DNA of 63,940 nucleotides, filler included, from Polymyxa betae A26-41 (Eukaryota; Protista; Endomyxa: Phytomyxea): NCBI GenBank assembly GCA_003693705.1. It is 6 parts of 6 records of this genome, joined end to end, with 100 filler letters (N's around TTAATTAATTAA, not from the genome) between each part and the next. Parts side by side here need not be neighbours in the genome. Positions count along the whole stretch, not along the records: positions 58,257 to 62,084 come from RBZT01000875.1; positions 62,185 to 63,940 come from RBZT01000088.1; 4 more parts are not named here. One strand, 5' to 3'. Shown piece by piece: positions 59,446 to 63,940 of this stretch (position 1 is its first letter; each line of letters starts with the position of its first letter). The notes under the pieces were generated by a model. It saw only the letters and a program-made list of their open reading frames with translations, ran no database searches and was not told where the DNA came from. The position numbers and the translations under genes were made by a program.

Positions 59446-62084
59446 CGACGACGCGCTTAAGATACAGGCATGGTGTTGACTTGATTTGTGTGAATCCTTG
59501 CTCATTCACGAGAAAATGGTCAATTGTTCTAAGCCACTCATAGGGGGCTTGCTTCAACCCGTAAAGAGATTTCAATAACTTGACGAACTTACTTCGCGCA
59601 GCACTTCCTTGTGGTGTATTCATGTAGAGCTCTTCCGTAAGATGTGCATTGAGAAAAGCGGTGACCACATCCATTTGCTCAGCGATGATATCTTTGTCCA
59701 TAATAGACAACGCCATCATTAGCCGGAAAATGTCAGTTCTCATCTCTGGTGCATATGTTTTATCGTAGTCGATGCCAGCTCTTTGGCGAAATCCCTGTAC
59801 GACCAACCGTGCTTTGTATCTCAGAGAATTTCCGTCCGGTAAATGTTTGAGAACCCATCTACAGTTTCCAGGAATATCAGCTGTTCGAAGAGTTTTGATC
59901 TTGAAGATCCATCGGCATCCAATCGCTTTCTTTCCAGGCGGTAAGGTTTGCACTTCTTCCCATGTTTTTTATGACTAAGGAGTGAATTCAGCTCTTCTTG
60001 AATTGCTTCCATCCAGAAGTTAGAATCAGTACATAATTTTGCATCTTGGAAGCTCGTGGGAATATAGATTTCCTGTGCATGAAGCGAATTGATCCAGTTA
60101 TGGTGAACAAACTCTCCATATCTTGGTACTTTTCGAATTAGGCGCCTGCTCCTGCTTCTGTTCGTCAAGATACTCCCGAATGGTTCTTCTGCGATATTTT
60201 GTATAAGGTCGTCTTCGTTATGAGAGTCTCCATGGTTATTCTCAACATAATCAGGGTCCCAATTCGTTTCTGGTTCTTCAGGATCCGACAAAGCCAATGC
60301 CTCGGATCTCCCATTGAAGGATTCTTCATTAAAGACGACAGATCGGTGGACAGAAATGGTTCCTAATGCTGGATCGTACAAAAGGTAGCCCTTTTTATCC
60401 GGTGCGTATCCAATGAATATATATTTTTTAGCCCTAGGATCAAGCTTAGTTCTCAGATGTTCTGGCACCAATGCGTAGGCGTCACAGCCAAAAACGCGAA
60501 GGTAGCTCATGTTGGGCTTGGATCCTTTTAACATTTCATGAGGAGTCGTGTTTATGTCATTCGGATGCGGCATCAGATTGTGTATGTGAGAAGCTGTTAG
60601 AATTGCAGGGCCCCAGAATTGCTTCGGCAGTCTAGCATGGCAAAGAAGCGAGCGTGCCGAATCCATCAATGTGAGATGTCCACGTTCAGCTGTCCCGTTT
60701 TGTTCGGATGAGTATGGCACGGTAGACTGCCATTCGATACCCTCAATTTCCAAGAACTGTTGGAATTCTGAGTTGATGAATTCTGCACCGTTGTCTCCAA
60801 AGACGACTTTGATTTTCTTTCCCAATCTATTTCCCAGCCTTCTTTTCAAAATCTGGAACTTGCGGAATGCCTCATTCTTGTGGTGTAGGAGAAACGTGAA
60901 TTTGGCTTTACTACTTCGATCACAAAACGTGATGGAGTACCTTTCGCCGTTCAAGGTCGTTACGGGTAGAGGTCCGCACTCGTCAACATCAATTCTTTCC
61001 AGTATGTCCCAATCTTTTGCCTTTGACCTTTTGGGAAAACTCTTTTGTTTCGCTTTACATAAGATGCAGGCCTCGCAGAATTGAAAGTGCTTCTCAGAGA
61101 CTATCAAAGTGCTGTTCGATTTTGACAATTTCGCAAGATCACGGAAATTTCTGTGTCCACATCGGTTATGCCATAGGTTGGGGCTGTCCTCGTGCCTTCC
61201 TCTTTTCTGAACATCTTCAGGTGCGGGATCCTGTTCGTCTGGTGTAGAATGGAAAGAGCATATATTGAGGGAGCGTTGATCGCGTTGATGCAGCTGTTGG
61301 AGAGCTAAGTCCAGATTTCTCCAGTTGATATCTGGGTTATTGGTCTGAAGCCATGGAATGCCTAAGATATTGGGATAGTGAGGGGAGTCGATAATACTGA
61401 AAGAAGTTAGTTCTCGGTGATCGTCTTTCCACATTATCATTGGGATCGTTTCATCCGTAACTGTAGCAATTTTTCTCCCGTCAATGGTTTGTGCAGAAAC
61501 AGGAATGTTTTTCTTCACCAAAGGAATGCAGTTTTCGAAGACAACCTTTCGATCAATGCAGTTTGCAAAAGAGCCGGAATCTATCAGAGCTTGTAGCTGG
61601 AAGGTACGAGAAAAGTTGGGAATTTTGAGTTGAACTGTTGTAACCAGATATTTACAGGAGTCGGATTTTGATAATGTAGCACTTGTTTTATTGTGCCTTG
61701 ACGCGGAGACCGACAGGTTCATCCGCGCCTGGTCTCGTTTCCCTGCTTCCGTGCCAGAAACGGGCATGATATTGCAATATGGTCAGGATTACCACAGTAG
61801 AGGCAAAGGTTGCTGTCGCGACGACGCTGACGCTCTTCAGGGGTCAGAGGAGCGCGGGGCCTTGATACTGGAATAGCGGCATCTATTATCATGGGATCGG
61901 AGGTCGGTACGGAATTGCTGGGTGCTGTTCGCGGTAGGCTGTCGCTTTGTGAAGACAATCTGCTAGATCTGAGTTCGAATAAGCGGTTATCAGCTTCGAT
62001 AGCGTCTTGAATTGCAATTTCCAAGGTAGATGGCCTAGGTTTTGATAACAATAGATTTTTTACTTCGTCATTCAGGCCTTTGTG
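59446..62084 (-). mobile_element. Chimeric LTR retrotransposon: Gypsy-type gag/protease plus Copia-type integrase and RT
   Basis: Gag DPMIID..LTPEERQRR...CLYCGNPDHIAISCP; protease ALIDSGS...ILGIPWL..NPDINW; same ORF continues LWHNRCGH..CEAC, DECGP, EQNGTAER, LRVFGC, KLDPRA; RT YKARLVVQGF, MDVVTAFLN, LYGLKQA. Confidence 0.88.
61700..61743 (-). promoter_or_regulatory. -1 programmed ribosomal frameshift signal (slippery heptamer and pseudoknot)
   Basis: G GGA AAC in the gag frame (61737-61743) within the gag/pol overlap; downstream CAGG/CCTG and CGCGGA/TCCGCG pairings. Confidence 0.8.
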
Positions 62085-62589
62085 NNNNNNNNNNNNNNNN
62101 NNNNNNNNNNNNNNNNNNNNNNNNNNNNTTAATTAATTAANNNNNNNNNNNNNNNNNNNNNNNNNNNNNNNNNNNNNNNNNNNNCTTGTAGAACTCATAA
62201 CATGGTGGCTGTAGTCCGTAACGGTTACTCATCGATAGCAGATTTCCCAATTTAGTACCATCACTGTCATGAAATAACAAGTTCAAATAGTCGTCACGCT
62301 GATGGCAAAGTTTTCCGAAACAGTTATCGTTCTGATCATCTTCTCTAAGGACCATGAGTGATCAAATTTCAAATTGTTTGCAATAATCATGATATTCCAG
62401 CCAGTGCCAACCCCTGTTGCTGTTGTGGCGCTGTCTGTACGATACTGTAACCAACAATTGTGACTTACTAGTATGCACTTAAGCAGGTTGAACGAGGGGG
62501 GCAGACAGTCCGCGGAGCAACCCGCTGCTTGTCTTGCGCACTGGGCCGGTGCGACCCCGCCATTGTAAACCACATACACCTATCTCATC

Positions 62590-62990
62590 ATGTCTAAAGC
62601 TGGTATAGTGCCTCCTGCTACTACACCTTCAATGGTTCTTTCAGCCTCAGCAAATTACCAAGTTTGTCTGCTCTATCAGAGTTAGGTCCAGGAGAGAAAT
62701 CCGAACAGACGACTTTGATGTTCGGATTGATATATTCATCTATTGCAAATTTACGGGAGAGCTCAAATATTGGACTGAACGTGGCAGAGTTCGTCTCTTC
62801 GGTCATTTGTCTGATCCTGGTATATCAATCTCCATTTCTTAAGCCAAGAGTCTCTTCAGCGACAAATGGAGGTTCGCCCAGCGGATTGTTTACTACATAT
62901 TCTTTGGGGCTGCTCTCATCCTCGAGCTCAATCAGAGGAAACAACCTGAAACTCGCCTCAAGTTATCATTCACTACTGTTCATCTTCTAA
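62590..62990 (+). pseudogene. Diverged paralog of the 63178-63636 membrane protein
   Basis: LGPGEKSEQTTLMFGLIYSSIANLRES..LNVAEFVS aligns with LVPGEASKHTTLMSALIYRSSTDLLES..MNIAELTS; the upstream ATG at 62590 is out of frame. Confidence 0.6.
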
Positions 62991-63177
62991 ATCTCGATAC
63001 CGCATAGCTCCAAAAACGCACAAAGTGTCCAACAAACATTAGCTAGTGGCATTCAGTTTTCAATTGTAGAATGCCAAATTCAGCTTCGAGATAGGGAGAA
63101 TCTTTCAAAAACTGCAATCTTTTTATAGATAAAGATGAATTTTTTTGGTGACGTTATGGTTAACTCGACGAGCGCGA

Positions 63178-63636
63178 TTACCAGAATCTGAAGACTCCCT
63201 CGAACACAAAAGCGATTAGAAAGAACAGAAAGCTAACCCATCGTAGTATAGTGCGAGAAGCATTTGACATGACCGATTTCGATGACCCAGCATATACAAC
63301 ATAAGCAATTATAAGGCTTATAGATGCTGATGTTAACTCGGCAATATTCATGACCATCTTTGGAGATTCTAACAGATCTGTAGACGACCTGTAGATTAAC
63401 GCTGACATTAACGTTGTATGCTTAGAAGCCTCCCCGGGAACCAGATCCTTCATCAGATCCGACCAACTGCCAGTTATCGCCTCGACCACCTCGTTGGCCA
63501 ATTCGAGCGTTGGGTCCAGCTTGTCGGCTTGAGGCTGCGGCGGTTTTGGATCATTCGTGGCAGGTGGCGTCGGGCCCTGGTTCACATTTTGTAGCAAGGG
63601 CGTCGTGACGTCGTTGATCGGTTGTGAGGTAGCCAT
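63178..63636 (-). CDS. Small membrane protein (152 aa, about two hydrophobic segments)
   Basis: Clean ATG-to-stop ORF, Pro-rich N-terminus, hydrophobic C-terminal helices; supported by the adjacent paralog. Confidence 0.65.
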   Translation of the reverse strand: MATSQPINDVTTPLLQNVNQGPTPPATNDPKPPQPQADKLDPTLELANEVVEAITGSWSDLMKDLVPGEASKHTTLMSALIYRSSTDLLESPKMVMNIAELTSASISLIIAYVVYAGSSKSVMSNASRTILRWVSFLFFLIAFVFEGVFRFW

Positions 63637-63940
63637 GTGAACTTGTCGATTCTTGACAGATATTAGAAGTTTGATTAGACGGAAGATAAGTTCCCGGAGG
63701 CTGAGCCGAGATGCATTATTGGTTAAGTTCCCGGTCTTCTCATCTTAACGTTTCAGTATCAACCCTTTAGACCGGATGGTTGGGGTTTTCTCGGGTATAA
63801 ACGGTGGAAGTGAAGTGCTGCTTGGCGCAGGCCTGCGGTTCCATTGAGGATGTTCTGGTCGGGTTCCCAGGTTCGGTCGAAGTCGGCATAGCCTTTCCAA
63901 TGAAGTATATAATCCACGGACGTTCCATTCCGCCGAGAAT

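Noticed and set aside
30299-62184. Repeated TTAATTAATTAA palindrome
   Set aside because: It is always centred in a 100-nt N block, so it is an assembly linker. Adjacency across these linkers is not reliable.

Overview
This is eukaryotic DNA with short GT-AG introns (about 45-130 nt), and five artificial 100-nt N-TTAATTAATTAA-N linkers join its contigs. The gene content suggests a biotrophic protist or fungus-like parasite (plasmodiophorid-like), which is an inference only. The first ~18 kb holds four adjacent multi-exon genes with signal peptides: two end in intron-split RING-H2 fingers that the ORF track misses, and two have F-box-like motifs right after the signal peptide, one also with ankyrin repeats. 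Together they look like an island of secreted ubiquitin-ligase-mimic effectors. The left edge has a CRESS-DNA-virus-like Rep fragment next to a perfect hairpin. Most of the rest is decayed transposable elements: Copia, Gypsy/chromovirus, LINE, hAT, DD39D mariner, PIF/Harbinger, MULE and CACTA. One of these is a chimeric LTR element: a Gypsy-type gag, a GGGAAAC -1 frameshift signal and a Gypsy protease are fused in frame to a Copia-type integrase, followed by Copia RT. All calls come from reading the sequence by eye; no searches were run and exon boundaries are partly inferred.
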